Both the position numbers and the translations under genes were made by a program. Below are positions 1-11,100 of a stretch of DNA of 64,000 nt, piece after piece; positions within the stretch are counted from its first letter, which is position 1, and each line of letters opens with the position of its first letter. This stretch comes from Marinifilum caeruleilacunae (GTDB taxonomy: Bacteria; Bacteroidota; Bacteroidia; Bacteroidales; Marinifilaceae): positions 76,117 to 140,116 of the forward strand of contig NZ_RZNH01000009.1 in assembly GCF_013141825.1 (NCBI RefSeq). Reading direction: 5' to 3'. The notes under the pieces are model-generated. The model was not told where the DNA came from and searched no databases. It was given only the letters and a program-made list of their open reading frames with translations.

Positions 1-1488
1 CTGAACGATTTGTATGTGGAAGCCATTTTTCAGCACAAAGATCAGCTATTTGTTGGAACCCGACATATGGGTATCATCACTGTTAAAGCTGTGGGAGAGA
101 ACCCTCATAAACTACAAGCCTCGGGGCAGTTGTTTTCCCGCGAAGCTGGCCTTGAAAAAAATGATTACATCTATGCCTTGAAGCAATATGGTGAGAAACT
201 CTATATCTGTTCATCTAAAGGAACTTTTGCCTATCATTTAATAGGTAAAAAAATTAGTAGCCTTGATAGCTTAGCTTCTATCAATGTAATGATTGATTCA
301 TTGGATAATCGTTATATACTTTCCTATACTTTGGAACTTTTTGTGAACCAGCGAAAAGTAGATTTGGGTACTGAAGTTTCAGATTTTATGCTTGCTAAGG
401 AGGGAGGAGTCTGGGCTGCCACATCAAAAGGATTGGCTTTCGTTGAAAATCAAAATGCAAAGCCTGTTTTCTACAATCCAACCAGTAAGGTAATTGAATT
501 TACCTCCTTAAAGCAAGATCAACAGGGTTCTTTATGGCTGGGCTCAAGAATGGGAATTTACCGATTCGATCCTAAAACTAAATTGTTTGCCAATTATCAA
601 ATTCTGGGAGGATCGAAGGCCAACAGCTTTAATCATGGAAAGTTAATTAAATCTGCCAGCGGCGACCTTTACTGGGGCAGCAACGATGGCGTAGTAGCCA
701 TTCAACCCGAGCAGTTGAACTATCTTCCTGAGGCACATTTTGAAGTGGTGCAGGGCGATAAAGACTTGTCCGGTACTTTTCATGTCTACAATTACTCCTA
801 CAACCACCAGGCTGAAAATGGAATTGCTTATCGATTTTCTCATCCCGATTCAACATGGATGTATTTGTCTGCAGAACAATATAAATTGGATTTTTCTCAT
901 TTCCCCAAGGGAGCTTATGAGCTGAGCATTTCTGCCATCAATGCCGATGGTATCATGAATCAGGATGTGCAGGTTTTCAAGTTTCAGATCAGGAAGTCAT
1001 GGACTTCTTCCATGATTTTAGGACTGCTATTTTTGTTCATTATTTTGCTCTCTTTTATCATTTACAGGCTCAGAAAAAGGGGAGGACAAAACCAGGAAAT
1101 TGAGAAGGAAGTGAATGAAACACCCGAAGATAAAATGTACAGGGAATGGTTGCAGGATGACTTTATGCAGAATGCCATCCACGTTATCGAGGAAAATCTT
1201 GCCGACAACGCCTTTGGTGTTAATGAATTGTATGTCGCAACGCAAATGAGTAAATCCAATTTCTATCGAAAGCTGAAGAAATTTACCGATTTATCGCCTA
1301 ATGAACTCATTCGCTTTGTACGTCTTCGTAAATCGGCTCACCTGCTAATTGAAGCCAAACAATCTGTGAATGAAATTGCTTACGAGGTAGGCTTTAACTC
1401 TCCATCTTATTTTACCCGTTGTTTTAAACAACAATTCGGCGTAGCACCTTCAGAATACAAAGAACAATTACTAATGAATAATGATTAA
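1..1488 (+). CDS. Sensor-type transcriptional regulator, C-terminal part (Y_Y_Y-like beta-sandwich, single TM helix, AraC-type HTH). The 5' end is truncated by the window edge and there is no histidine-kinase or receiver domain in the visible part.
   Basis: The ORF runs to the window start. A hydrophobic TM segment (MILGLLFLFIILLSFIIY) is followed by a canonical AraC HTH tail (NELIRFVRLRKSAHLL...FNSPSYFTRCFKQQFG). It sits immediately upstream of a susC/susD pair. Confidence 0.7.
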   Translation: MNDLYVEAIFQHKDQLFVGTRHMGIITVKAVGENPHKLQASGQLFSREAGLEKNDYIYALKQYGEKLYICSSKGTFAYHLIGKKISSLDSLASINVMIDSLDNRYILSYTLELFVNQRKVDLGTEVSDFMLAKEGGVWAATSKGLAFVENQNAKPVFYNPTSKVIEFTSLKQDQQGSLWLGSRMGIYRFDPKTKLFANYQILGGSKANSFNHGKLIKSASGDLYWGSNDGVVAIQPEQLNYLPEAHFEVVQGDKDLSGTFHVYNYSYNHQAENGIAYRFSHPDSTWMYLSAEQYKLDFSHFPKGAYELSISAINADGIMNQDVQVFKFQIRKSWTSSMILGLLFLFIILLSFIIYRLRKRGGQNQEIEKEVNETPEDKMYREWLQDDFMQNAIHVIEENLADNAFGVNELYVATQMSKSNFYRKLKKFTDLSPNELIRFVRLRKSAHLLIEAKQSVNEIAYEVGFNSPSYFTRCFKQQFGVAPSEYKEQLLMNND

Positions 1489-1836
1489 TTAGTATTCCTG
1501 CCTGCTTTTTTTGCTCATCTCATCGCATCTATTCATCGTCATTTCTTTTCTGTGACCGATATTTTTAATCGAACTCAGGTTAATACGCTTAACTAAAAAT
1601 CAATCCATTGATAATTGATCATTGAAACTTGTAAAAGGTCTTTCTGTGCAAGTTTTTGGTCAGCCTGTACAAGCCAAAACGCCCTAAAATAGCTTGTTTT
1701 GGGAAGTGTTGATTCGTGATTGACACCAAGCTAATCATTTCATTTCAATATGAAATAACAGGTAAAACCCATCAAGGATGCTCCCACCTTCCTTGTGAAA
1801 ACAGTTGATTTTATTTTTTAACCTAAGTGAAAATTT

Positions 1837-4800
1837 ATGAAAAAAAACAGAGGAAGTTTGGAAAGCTACAGGGCTTTACGAACAAAGAGTTTTTCATGTT
1901 TGGCGGGCCTATGTTGTAGTGCATTCTTGTTAATGGGCTCATCGGTAATGGCTGCGCCTGTGCATGAGAAGGATGCTATTTATGCCAGGCAGGAGCAACA
2001 AAAAGTATTGAACGGTAAGGTAGTTGATAAAAATGGGGAATCTCTCATTGGTGTAAACATCATTGTGAAAGGAACAACAACAGGAACAACTACCGATTTT
2101 AACGGGAACTACAAGATTAATGTAGCAGAGAATGCGGTTTTGCTATTCACCTTTATCGGTTATCTCGATCAGGAGATTAGTGTAGGCAATCAATCCATAC
2201 TGGATATCACCCTTGAGGAAGATGTTCTGGGTTTGGACGAAGTGGTTGTAGTAGGTTATGGCACGCAAAAGAAAGCTAACCTTACGGGATCGGTATCGGC
2301 TGTGAAAGGCGATGAAATGGTGAACAAACCGATGACTGATTCGCGACAAGCATTACAAGGAGCCGTACCAGGTTTAACCATTATCGACCGTGGTGGCATA
2401 CCGGGAGAAGAGAATCTTGATTTTAAAATCAGGGGAATTAGCTCAATTTCGGCAGGCGTTTCTCCGCTGGTATTGGTAGATGGTATCGAAATGCCTTTGG
2501 GCGATGTAAATCCCAATGATATTGAGAGTGTTTCCATTCTAAAAGATGCAGCTTCTTCATCCATTTATGGTGCAAAGGCGGCCAATGGTGTTGTATTGAT
2601 TACCACCAAACGTGGAAAAGAAGGTGGTTTTAAGGTAGACTACAATGGCTATTACGGATGGCAAACACCTGCTACCTTGCCCGAATTGGTGGGAGCTGAA
2701 GATTACCTGAACCTGGTAAACGAAGCATTGGTAAATGCAGGAATGAATCCAAAATATTCGCCTGAGTACATTCAAAATACGGTAGCTGGTAACGATCCGA
2801 TCAATTATCCTTACGTGAACCTTTTTGAGGAATTGTTTGAAACAGCTCCTGTGCTGAATCAGTCGGTTCGCATTAGCGGGGGGAATGATAAATCGAGAAT
2901 TGCACTCTCTCTGAATCATCTGAAACAAGATGGGATGCTGAAGAATGTAGAATCGGAACGTTTTGGTTTTCGATTGAATACAGATTTCCAGGTGAAGGAA
3001 AACTTGAAGCTTAGAGCTGATGTTTCCTTCAATAGAAGAGAGAATGAAAAACCGAACCGACTGAGCAGTGCCATTGGAGCCATTGTTGGGACTTCGCCTG
3101 TAACAGTTTTGCAATATCCAAATGGGGTGTATGGCCTGAACAAGGACAATACCAATGCATTGGCCTGTTTGGAAGTTGGTGGTATGAACGAGTCTGTAAA
3201 TGAGGCCTTAAATCTGAAAGTGGGTGCTGATCTGGAGATTCTGAATGGTTTGACCCTAAGATCGGATCTATCTTACAAAAGCATCAACAACAGGTACAAA
3301 AACTACCGGGCTGAATACAATTTCAGAAATCCTGAAAATCCGGATGAGATTGTTCACCGCTGGACTCCAAGCAAGTTGACCGATGGACGCTGGAACCAAC
3401 AGGAGATCAATTTCAAGGGGTTGTTGGACTACAGCAGGAGTTTTGGAGATCACAGCTTACATGTTTTGGCTGGTATCGATGTTACCGAAAATAAATCATA
3501 TACCCTTCAGGGATCACGAAATAATATCTACAGCGATGATTATGTAGAGCTAAATACGGGTGATACCGAAGGACAAAGCAATTTGGGCTACCCTGAAGAT
3601 TGGGCCCTGTTCTCCTATTTGGGGAGAGTAAATTACTCCTACAAAGGAAAATATCTTCTGGAAGGAAATATCCGCTACGACGGCTCTTCTCGATTTGATA
3701 AAGGAAACAAATGGGGCGTTTTCCCTTCCTTTTCGGCCGGATGGAGAATTTCTGAAGAAGATTTTATGAGCAGCTTCGAATTTTTGGACAACCTAAAACT
3801 AAGAGGTAGCTGGGGACAGCTTGGGAATCAGAATATTGGTCTGTATAAATTTACTTCTACTGTTTATGCCGATTTTCCATACAACTTTAACGATGCCGAA
3901 GTGAATGGATACTCGCAATGGTACTATGCAAACAAGGATATTACCTGGGAAACCACCGAAATGATAGATTTTGGTTTTGACCTGACTTTGTTTAATGGCA
4001 AGCTGGATATTGTGGCTGATTGGTATCAGAAGGATACAAAAGATGTATTGTTGATACTGCCGATTTCATACCTAACGGGTTTGGCTGCCTCGGAAACCAA
4101 TGCCGGTAAAATGCGAAATACAGGTTGGGAAGTTTCTCTTACACACCGCAATAAGATTAAAGATTTCAACTATTCCATAGGCTTCAATATTGCCGATGTA
4201 AAAAATGAGTTGGTTGATTTTGCCGGAAATGAACCATCGATTAATGGATGGACCATCCTGAAAGAAGGAGAATCGGTAAATGCTTTTTACGGGTATGAAT
4301 CGGATGGTTTGTTCCAATCGCAGGAAGAGATCGATAATCATGCCACTCAACCAAATCAATCGCAGTTAAAACCTGGCGATATCAAGCTGGTTGATCAGAA
4401 TGGCGATGGTGAAATTAACGATGAAGATCGTAAAGTAATAGGTTCATCAATTCCGCGTTTTAATGTGGGTCTGAATGTGTTTATGGAATACAAAGGTTTC
4501 GATTGCTCGGCCTCATTCCAGGGCGTTCTGAAGGCAGAAAATTACTTCTATGGCGCACCAAACGAAGGACCAGCCTACGAAATCTTCACCACCAAAAGGG
4601 TCCTGGATCGCTGGACACCAGATAATCCTGATGCTTCATTCCCAAGATTGGAAGCTGCATCGAACAAGAACAATTACCTGTACAACGATTTCTGGATCAG
4701 GGATGCTTCCTATATCAGGTTAAAAAACCTGCAATTTGCTTATTCACTGCCTTCTTCGGTTTTGGAGAAGTGGAAAATCGAAAAGCTAAGATTTTATGTT

Positions 4801-4926
4801 GGAGCTACCAACCTGTTCACCATTACCGATGTTGAATCGGGATTGGACCCAGAAACCTACGATGGGAGACCTAACTATTATCCACCGGTATCGACCTATA
4901 CCATGGGTGTTCAACTTCAATTTTAA
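1837..4926 (+). CDS. susC: SusC/RagA-family TonB-dependent outer-membrane transporter
   Basis: 1029 aa with a signal peptide. N-terminal carboxypeptidase-regulatory-like motif (NGKVVD..GESLIGVNIIVKGTTTGTTTDFNGNY), a TonB plug, and the C-terminal beta-barrel ending ...YTMGVQLQF. Followed 30 nt later by susD. Confidence 0.9.
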   Translation: MKKNRGSLESYRALRTKSFSCLAGLCCSAFLLMGSSVMAAPVHEKDAIYARQEQQKVLNGKVVDKNGESLIGVNIIVKGTTTGTTTDFNGNYKINVAENAVLLFTFIGYLDQEISVGNQSILDITLEEDVLGLDEVVVVGYGTQKKANLTGSVSAVKGDEMVNKPMTDSRQALQGAVPGLTIIDRGGIPGEENLDFKIRGISSISAGVSPLVLVDGIEMPLGDVNPNDIESVSILKDAASSSIYGAKAANGVVLITTKRGKEGGFKVDYNGYYGWQTPATLPELVGAEDYLNLVNEALVNAGMNPKYSPEYIQNTVAGNDPINYPYVNLFEELFETAPVLNQSVRISGGNDKSRIALSLNHLKQDGMLKNVESERFGFRLNTDFQVKENLKLRADVSFNRRENEKPNRLSSAIGAIVGTSPVTVLQYPNGVYGLNKDNTNALACLEVGGMNESVNEALNLKVGADLEILNGLTLRSDLSYKSINNRYKNYRAEYNFRNPENPDEIVHRWTPSKLTDGRWNQQEINFKGLLDYSRSFGDHSLHVLAGIDVTENKSYTLQGSRNNIYSDDYVELNTGDTEGQSNLGYPEDWALFSYLGRVNYSYKGKYLLEGNIRYDGSSRFDKGNKWGVFPSFSAGWRISEEDFMSSFEFLDNLKLRGSWGQLGNQNIGLYKFTSTVYADFPYNFNDAEVNGYSQWYYANKDITWETTEMIDFGFDLTLFNGKLDIVADWYQKDTKDVLLILPISYLTGLAASETNAGKMRNTGWEVSLTHRNKIKDFNYSIGFNIADVKNELVDFAGNEPSINGWTILKEGESVNAFYGYESDGLFQSQEEIDNHATQPNQSQLKPGDIKLVDQNGDGEINDEDRKVIGSSIPRFNVGLNVFMEYKGFDCSASFQGVLKAENYFYGAPNEGPAYEIFTTKRVLDRWTPDNPDASFPRLEAASNKNNYLYNDFWIRDASYIRLKNLQFAYSLPSSVLEKWKIEKLRFYVGATNLFTITDVESGLDPETYDGRPNYYPPVSTYTMGVQLQF

Positions 4927-4956
4927 GATCAGTGTAAACGGATAAAAAACAGACAT

Positions 4957-6597
4957 ATGAAAACAAAAATATTGAGCTTGTGCTGTGCAATGCTATTGGT
5001 GTTGGCAGGCTGTAGCGACGATTTCCTGGAGCGCTCACCAAGCGACCAGGTATCATCAACAAATTTCTTTAGCCAGGAAAAAGATTTGATTTATGCGGTG
5101 AATGCCGTTTATGCCTCAATTGGTTTTAACAGCTGGGGAACCAGCTATGGTTATTCTACCGATTTGCTTCGCATTGAAGCGCTTACCGACAATGCCCTCG
5201 ATCATCATTCATGGAATGCGGGATACCGTTTGGCAGACGGAACAGCTTCGGCCTACGATGGCTATGTAGAAATAAGGTGGAAAGAGCGCTATAGAGGCAT
5301 TCAAAGGGCAAACAGAATATTTGAAGGTGCCGATGGTGTGACAGACATGGCGGCCAGCAAAAAGGCACGTTTTCTTGCCGAAACCAAGGTTTTAAGAGCT
5401 TACTTTTACTTCGATTTGGTTTACCTGTTTGGCGATGTGCCTTTCATTACCACAAGTCTAACGCCCGATGAAGCTGCCCAAAGCACGAGAACGGCCACAG
5501 CGACAATTCTGGATGCCATGCTGGTCGATTTAACAGCCGCAGCTGCCGATTTGCCAACAAGTTACAGCGGTGAAGATTTGGGACGTGTTACCAAAGGTGC
5601 AGCTGTTTCTTTAAAGGCAAGAATTCTTCTGTACCAGGAAAAATGGGCAGAAGCGGCTGCAGCAGCCAAAGAGGTAATGGACCTTGGTGTGTACACGATC
5701 TATCACAGTTACCAGGATATGTTTACCTACAAAGGAATTAATAACAGCGAGGTGATATTCGACCTGCAGGAGATGAAGGACAAAGACAATCACTGGAACT
5801 TCACCATGCAGAATTACGGTCCTAACTCTGTGGGTGGCTGGAGTAGTGGTTGCCCTTTACAGTCATTGGTTGATGCCTACGAATGTACCGATGGAAATCC
5901 AATCGAGAGCTCGCCACTTTTCGATCCAAACGATCCTTATGCAAACCGCGATCCACGATTGACCCACTCTATTCTTTACCCGGGTAGAGACTGGCGCAAT
6001 GGTGTTTACAATACCATTCCAGGAGCTACATATCCCGGAAAGGATATTGTTGCAGGCGATGATTTAACGGATGGTACCGGCGGACAATGGAACAAAACGG
6101 CCACAGGCTACAACTGGTTGAAATACATATCGGAAGATGATATTGATAATGGGGATTACTGGAATGGAGCCATCCATTTTATATTGATCAGATATGCCGA
6201 AATATTGCTAACTTATGCGGAAGCAAAAATTGAGAATGATGATATCGATCAGTCGGTTTATGATGCCATCAATGAAGTACGCCAGCGTCCTGATGTGAAT
6301 ATGCCAGTAATTACAACAGGAAAAAGCAAGGAAGAGTTGCGAACAATTGTTCGACGCGAAAGAAGGGTAGAGTTGGCTTTTGAAGGCTTGCGCCTGATGG
6401 ATATCCGCCGATGGAAAATTGCTGAAAATGTGATGCCTGGAGTTCCTGAAGGATTGACTTATACCGATCCGGATTCAGGTGAAGAGATCACACTTTCGTG
6501 GGGAGAAAGAACATTTAACCCTAACAAACACTATTTGTGGCCAATTCCGCAAAGCGAGATTGACATTTCGCATTTGGAACAAAATTCGGGTTGGTAA
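4957..6597 (+). CDS. susD: SusD/RagB-family nutrient-binding outer-membrane lipoprotein
   Basis: Lipoprotein signal (LVLAGCSDD). SusD-type TPR-rich sequence with the characteristic C-terminal ...RRERRVELAFEGLRLMDIRRW motif. Position immediately after susC. Confidence 0.9.
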   Translation: MKTKILSLCCAMLLVLAGCSDDFLERSPSDQVSSTNFFSQEKDLIYAVNAVYASIGFNSWGTSYGYSTDLLRIEALTDNALDHHSWNAGYRLADGTASAYDGYVEIRWKERYRGIQRANRIFEGADGVTDMAASKKARFLAETKVLRAYFYFDLVYLFGDVPFITTSLTPDEAAQSTRTATATILDAMLVDLTAAAADLPTSYSGEDLGRVTKGAAVSLKARILLYQEKWAEAAAAAKEVMDLGVYTIYHSYQDMFTYKGINNSEVIFDLQEMKDKDNHWNFTMQNYGPNSVGGWSSGCPLQSLVDAYECTDGNPIESSPLFDPNDPYANRDPRLTHSILYPGRDWRNGVYNTIPGATYPGKDIVAGDDLTDGTGGQWNKTATGYNWLKYISEDDIDNGDYWNGAIHFILIRYAEILLTYAEAKIENDDIDQSVYDAINEVRQRPDVNMPVITTGKSKEELRTIVRRERRVELAFEGLRLMDIRRWKIAENVMPGVPEGLTYTDPDSGEEITLSWGERTFNPNKHYLWPIPQSEIDISHLEQNSGW

Positions 6598-6727
6598 AAT
6601 CATATTTCCCGGGAAAATCTTCCCGGGAGCCTTTAAGGAATGACCAAAACAAAAAGAGTGAAGCCATGAAAGGGATTCACAAAAAGGGAAATTTTCGTAG
6701 ATCAGTTTTCCCGATATAGTAAAAAGA

Positions 6728-9115
6728 ATGAATATGAAAAGAACAATTGTAGCAATGCTCTTCTGCTGTCTTTTGCAGCAGCTTAACGGACAGGAACAAG
6801 TGTATCCCGGAGCCGATGAGCAGAGTCCGTCGAGGGCGCAATACTTCTCCTGGATCAACAACACAAACGAAGGAGCAACAGAAGAACACACAATGATTAA
6901 CCTGGATTTCTTTGAATGGTTGCACGAGGAGTATGGGATGATTTTGGACATTTATGCTTTCGACGCAGGAGCTATCGATGGCAAACGCTTTTATGGAAGC
7001 ATTGCTTCCGAGCGATTTAAAAAGCAGTTTCCGAACGGATTTGATCCCATGTACGAAAAGGCAAAAGCCATGGGCACCCGACTGGGTGTTTGGGGCGGTC
7101 CTGACGGATTTGGAGATCGCGAAGAAGAGAAGCTGGCGCGTATCGATCAAATGGTGAATCTTTGTAAAGATTATGAGTTCGCCCTGTTTAAATTCGATGC
7201 TGTGTGTGGTCCTTTGCGCCCCGAAAAAGAAGATGCCTTTATCGAGATGATGAAGGAGTGCAGGCGTTACAGCCCTGATTTGATACTTCTGAATCACCGT
7301 TTGGGTTTGAACAAAGGAAAAGCATATGCTACTACATTTTTGTGGGGCGGACAGGAAACCTATATCGATGTATTTACCTCTAACAGCACAACGGCACCTC
7401 ACCATCGTGCAGGGGCATTGGAGAGGGGATTAGTTCCCGGTTTGAAGCGATTGACCGAAGATCATGGTGTTTGCATCTCATCCTGTTTGGATTACTGGGA
7501 TGATGATCTGATTCTACAGGCTTTCAATCGCAGTATGATTCTTGCGCCTGAGATTTACGGTAATCCCTGGTTGTTAAGAGACGATGAATTCCCTAAACTG
7601 GCAAGAATCTATAATCTGCATCGAAAATTTGGAAAGATCTTAGTGAATGGAATGGTTCTGCCTGGAAATAAATATGGTCCATCGGCAGTTTCGCGCGGCG
7701 ATGAGCAAACAAGACTAATTACCTTAAGGAATTTGAGCTGGGAGCCAGTTCGTTATAAAGTAAAGCTTGATCACGAAATTGGTTTGAAGGATGGCAATGA
7801 AATTGAAGTTCGTCAGTTTCACCCGACTGAAAAAGTATTAGGTAAATTCCTGAAAGGGGATGAAATTGAGGTGGAAGTTGCACCTTTCCGTTCCTGTTTG
7901 ATCCTGGCAAGTTCAAAGTCAATTGATGAACCTGCCGTACAGGGCACAGACTTCGAAGTGGTGAGAAATGTTCCCGGCAAAGCAATTCTAATGAAGCTAT
8001 TGGGAAAAGCAGGAAGCCGCAAAAAAATAGAATTGATAGATCCGGCACAATACAAAACGGCCAAGCTGAATGGAAAAAATATCCCATCATTATTGAAAGG
8101 AAAATCGGTAAAGCTGAACTTTGAAGGTGAAAAATTACAGGATGATGCGCATCGTAAACTGGCTGATTTATCTGTAACTAAAATTCCGGAAGAAGCACAG
8201 GCCCTATACGAAGCAAGTTGTTTTGCTGCCGATAACAATGCATTAGAGGTACGTTCTCTGCAACGATCAGGTGATACGAAAATACCGCAGGTTCAGAAAG
8301 CGCGCGATGCTTTTTTTAATCAGGATGTATTTGTGGACCGCGGAGTTTGGGACAAGAATCTTTTCGATGGAGATCTGGAAACCGGATTTTGGCCAAGCAG
8401 AAAATACAATATCGACCAAAAGGTTGATGGTGGATGTTTCCGATTGGATTTGGGCGAGATTACAGATGTAGATCAACTCATCATTCGTGTGCCTGATGAT
8501 TATTCTTTACAGCCTTTACTGCGAGATGAAGGTAATTATGCAGAAGTCTCAACCGACCTGAAAAAATGGAAAACCATCACCTATTTTGCCAGCGAAGAAA
8601 TGCGCATCAATAGTAAAGAACCTATTCGCTATGTTCGATTGCATGCTCAGCCCGGACGTATGGTAGAAATTGAAGCCTGGAGAGATGGCAAAATGTTGGA
8701 CCGAAGCAAGTGGAAAGCTTCCAATTTATTCGCCCATTCAAAGAAGAAAAAAGCAGAAAAAGCATGGCATGCCAAATTCATTTTGAATGAGATTCCTGAG
8801 GGTGGATATCTATCCATAGCTATCAATGGGAAGCATGGAATTGAAGGAGCTTATGCAGCTGCAAAAATTGGAGATCGTCTCTTGGGTTGTCCTGATAGAA
8901 GTGTATCTTATCCATCCAACACATGGGAGTTTGTCAATTCCAAAAGAGACAGCAATTACACCTATTACCTGCCCTTGAATCAGGACATGATTGGCCAGGA
9001 AATTGAGGTGTTTGTAATGGGTTACGATAAGGAGAATCTTGATTTCGAGCCAGAGGTGTGGATTTCTGCTTACCCTGAACCTTACAAGGAACAAATCTTA
9101 GAACTTACAAAATAA
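6728..9115 (+). CDS. Secreted glycoside-hydrolase-like protein (TIM-barrel-like N-terminal region, family not assignable by eye) with a C-terminal F5/8 type C (discoidin)-like domain
   Basis: Signal peptide. N-terminal ~350 aa rich in conserved W/D/E (YFSWINNTNEGATEE...FKFDAVCG) reminiscent of clan GH-D alpha-galactosidase-like folds. The C-terminal 250 aa look like a discoidin carbohydrate-binding module. PUL context. Confidence 0.45.
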   Translation: MNMKRTIVAMLFCCLLQQLNGQEQVYPGADEQSPSRAQYFSWINNTNEGATEEHTMINLDFFEWLHEEYGMILDIYAFDAGAIDGKRFYGSIASERFKKQFPNGFDPMYEKAKAMGTRLGVWGGPDGFGDREEEKLARIDQMVNLCKDYEFALFKFDAVCGPLRPEKEDAFIEMMKECRRYSPDLILLNHRLGLNKGKAYATTFLWGGQETYIDVFTSNSTTAPHHRAGALERGLVPGLKRLTEDHGVCISSCLDYWDDDLILQAFNRSMILAPEIYGNPWLLRDDEFPKLARIYNLHRKFGKILVNGMVLPGNKYGPSAVSRGDEQTRLITLRNLSWEPVRYKVKLDHEIGLKDGNEIEVRQFHPTEKVLGKFLKGDEIEVEVAPFRSCLILASSKSIDEPAVQGTDFEVVRNVPGKAILMKLLGKAGSRKKIELIDPAQYKTAKLNGKNIPSLLKGKSVKLNFEGEKLQDDAHRKLADLSVTKIPEEAQALYEASCFAADNNALEVRSLQRSGDTKIPQVQKARDAFFNQDVFVDRGVWDKNLFDGDLETGFWPSRKYNIDQKVDGGCFRLDLGEITDVDQLIIRVPDDYSLQPLLRDEGNYAEVSTDLKKWKTITYFASEEMRINSKEPIRYVRLHAQPGRMVEIEAWRDGKMLDRSKWKASNLFAHSKKKKAEKAWHAKFILNEIPEGGYLSIAINGKHGIEGAYAAAKIGDRLLGCPDRSVSYPSNTWEFVNSKRDSNYTYYLPLNQDMIGQEIEVFVMGYDKENLDFEPEVWISAYPEPYKEQILELTK

Positions 9116-9121
9116 AATACA

Positions 9122-11071
9122 ATGACTAGAAATATAATTTGCTTGCTGATATTGATCTGCTTTGCAGGCGCAATTCATGCAAAAGAGTATGAATTGCAAT
9201 CGCCCGATAAAAAAACAAACATCCTGATTCGAACAGGAGAGGAGATCAGTTTTGAATTATCGTACAATAAAATTCCATTGCTATTGCCTACAAAAATTGC
9301 CATGGTATTGGAAGATCTTACTCTGGGCGAAAACCCTAAGGTGATCAACAAAACCATCCAATCTGTTAACAGAACAATTACCCCCGAAGTTTGCGAAAAA
9401 ACCAATCGCATCGAAGAAAATTACAATGAGTTGAAATTGTCCTTTCAAAAAGGTTTTGATCTTTGCTTCAGAGCCTATAACAATGGAATTGCCTATCGTT
9501 TCGAAAGTCGATTTGCAAAAGAAATCACAGTTAAATCAGAAAAAGGAGATTTTCAATTTGCAAACAATCACTTGCTGTATTGGCCCAAAGAAAAGAGTTT
9601 TCATTCCAACAACCAGGTCTATTACGATTTTACTTCTATAGGCCAGCTTACTTCCGCAGATTTAGGTAGCTTACCCGTGTTAATGGATTCTGGAAAAGGT
9701 GTAAAAATGGTGATTGGCGAAACCGACCTGGAAGATTACCCGGGCATGTGGTTCAATGGAGCAGAAGGCAATGCCTTAACAGCCACATTTCCTGCTTATC
9801 CAAACAAAACAGAACAGGTTGGCGACAGGGATGTTTTTGTGCGCGACAGAATGGATTATATTGCCAAAACACAGGGTACAAGAACTTTTCCCTGGCGATA
9901 CATTGCCATTGCCGAAAATGATGGTGAGCTAATCACCAATCAACTGTCGTGGTTGTTGGCAGCTCCTTGCGAAATTGAAAATCCATCATGGATCAGACCT
10001 GGAAAAGTAGCCTGGGATTGGTGGAATGCCAATAATGTATATGGGGTAGATTTTCGTGCAGGAATCAATACCGAAACCTACAAGTATTATATCGATTTTG
10101 CGGCCGAATATGGTTTGGAGTACATCATTCTTGACGAAGGCTGGTACGAGTTGGGAGACCTTATGAAAATCGTGCCTGAAATGGATATGGAAGAACTTAC
10201 CACCTATGCAAAAGAAAAAGGGGTTGGTTTGATTCTTTGGGTGGTTTGGAAAACCCTGGATGATCAGTTGGAAGAAGCCCTGGACCAGTTTCAGAAATGG
10301 GATATCAAAGGCATTAAAGTTGACTTTATGGATAAGGATGACCAGTGGATGGTGAATTATTACCACAAAGTTGCCAGGGAATCGGCAAAGAGACAAATTT
10401 TAGTCGATTTTCACGGTTCATACAAGCCTGCCGGCCTGAGAAGAAAATATCCGAATGTTTTGACCCGCGAAGGAGTAAATGGGGGAGAGCAGTACAAATG
10501 GAGTTTGAGACAAACGCCGGAACACAATCTGATTACGCCATTTTCGCGCATGGTAGCCGGACCAATGGATTACACCCCAGGGGCCATGAACAATGCACAG
10601 AAGAAGAATTATAAACCCATCTTCGATCGCCCAATGAGCATGGGCACACGTTGTCACCAACTGGCCATGTATGTGGCCTACGAGAGTCCTTTGCAAATGC
10701 TTTGCGATAATCCATCCAATTACCGCAAAGAGGAGGAATGCATGAAGTTCTTATCGGCAGTTCCGGCAGTATGGGACGAAACCAGGGTATTGGATGCTAA
10801 AATTGCTGACTACCTGCTATTGGCCAGGAGAAAAGGTGAAGATTGGTATCTGGGTGCCATGACAGATTGGGATGCACGCACACTGCAAATCGATCTTTCT
10901 TTCCTTCCCAAAGGCAAAAAATACAAAATGACCCTTTACCAGGATGGAGTGAATGCCGACAGAAATGCCATTGACTACAAAATGAAAGAGATCATTGTTG
11001 ATCGAAACTATCAGGCTGAATGTAAACTGGCACCGGGTGGCGGTATGGCGGCAATGCTGCAGCCTCTGTAA
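9122..11071 (+). CDS. Glycoside hydrolase family 97 (alpha-glucosidase/alpha-galactosidase, SusB-like)
   Basis: 649 aa with a signal peptide. N-terminal YELQSPDKKTNILI... resembles the GH97 N-domain. The catalytic region has the ...YIILDEGWY... and ...GIKVDFMDKDDQ... motifs typical of GH97. Confidence 0.7.
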   Translation: MTRNIICLLILICFAGAIHAKEYELQSPDKKTNILIRTGEEISFELSYNKIPLLLPTKIAMVLEDLTLGENPKVINKTIQSVNRTITPEVCEKTNRIEENYNELKLSFQKGFDLCFRAYNNGIAYRFESRFAKEITVKSEKGDFQFANNHLLYWPKEKSFHSNNQVYYDFTSIGQLTSADLGSLPVLMDSGKGVKMVIGETDLEDYPGMWFNGAEGNALTATFPAYPNKTEQVGDRDVFVRDRMDYIAKTQGTRTFPWRYIAIAENDGELITNQLSWLLAAPCEIENPSWIRPGKVAWDWWNANNVYGVDFRAGINTETYKYYIDFAAEYGLEYIILDEGWYELGDLMKIVPEMDMEELTTYAKEKGVGLILWVVWKTLDDQLEEALDQFQKWDIKGIKVDFMDKDDQWMVNYYHKVARESAKRQILVDFHGSYKPAGLRRKYPNVLTREGVNGGEQYKWSLRQTPEHNLITPFSRMVAGPMDYTPGAMNNAQKKNYKPIFDRPMSMGTRCHQLAMYVAYESPLQMLCDNPSNYRKEEECMKFLSAVPAVWDETRVLDAKIADYLLLARRKGEDWYLGAMTDWDARTLQIDLSFLPKGKKYKMTLYQDGVNADRNAIDYKMKEIIVDRNYQAECKLAPGGGMAAMLQPL

Positions 11072-11100
11072 AGCATGAATTTACATATGAATATGGAAAA

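Noticed and set aside
2256-3155. Several 60-185-aa minus-strand ORFs inside susC (and similar ones inside other long genes, e.g. 6677-7405, 7819-8238, 27579-28130, 43750-44196)
   Set aside because: They are antisense to long, clearly homologous CDSs and are typical shadow ORFs.
6600-6640. Terminator after the first susD (TTCCCGGGAAAATCTTCCCGGGA inverted repeat)
   Set aside because: Good palindrome but no downstream T-tract. It may be a regulatory or processing hairpin rather than an intrinsic terminator, so it was not called.
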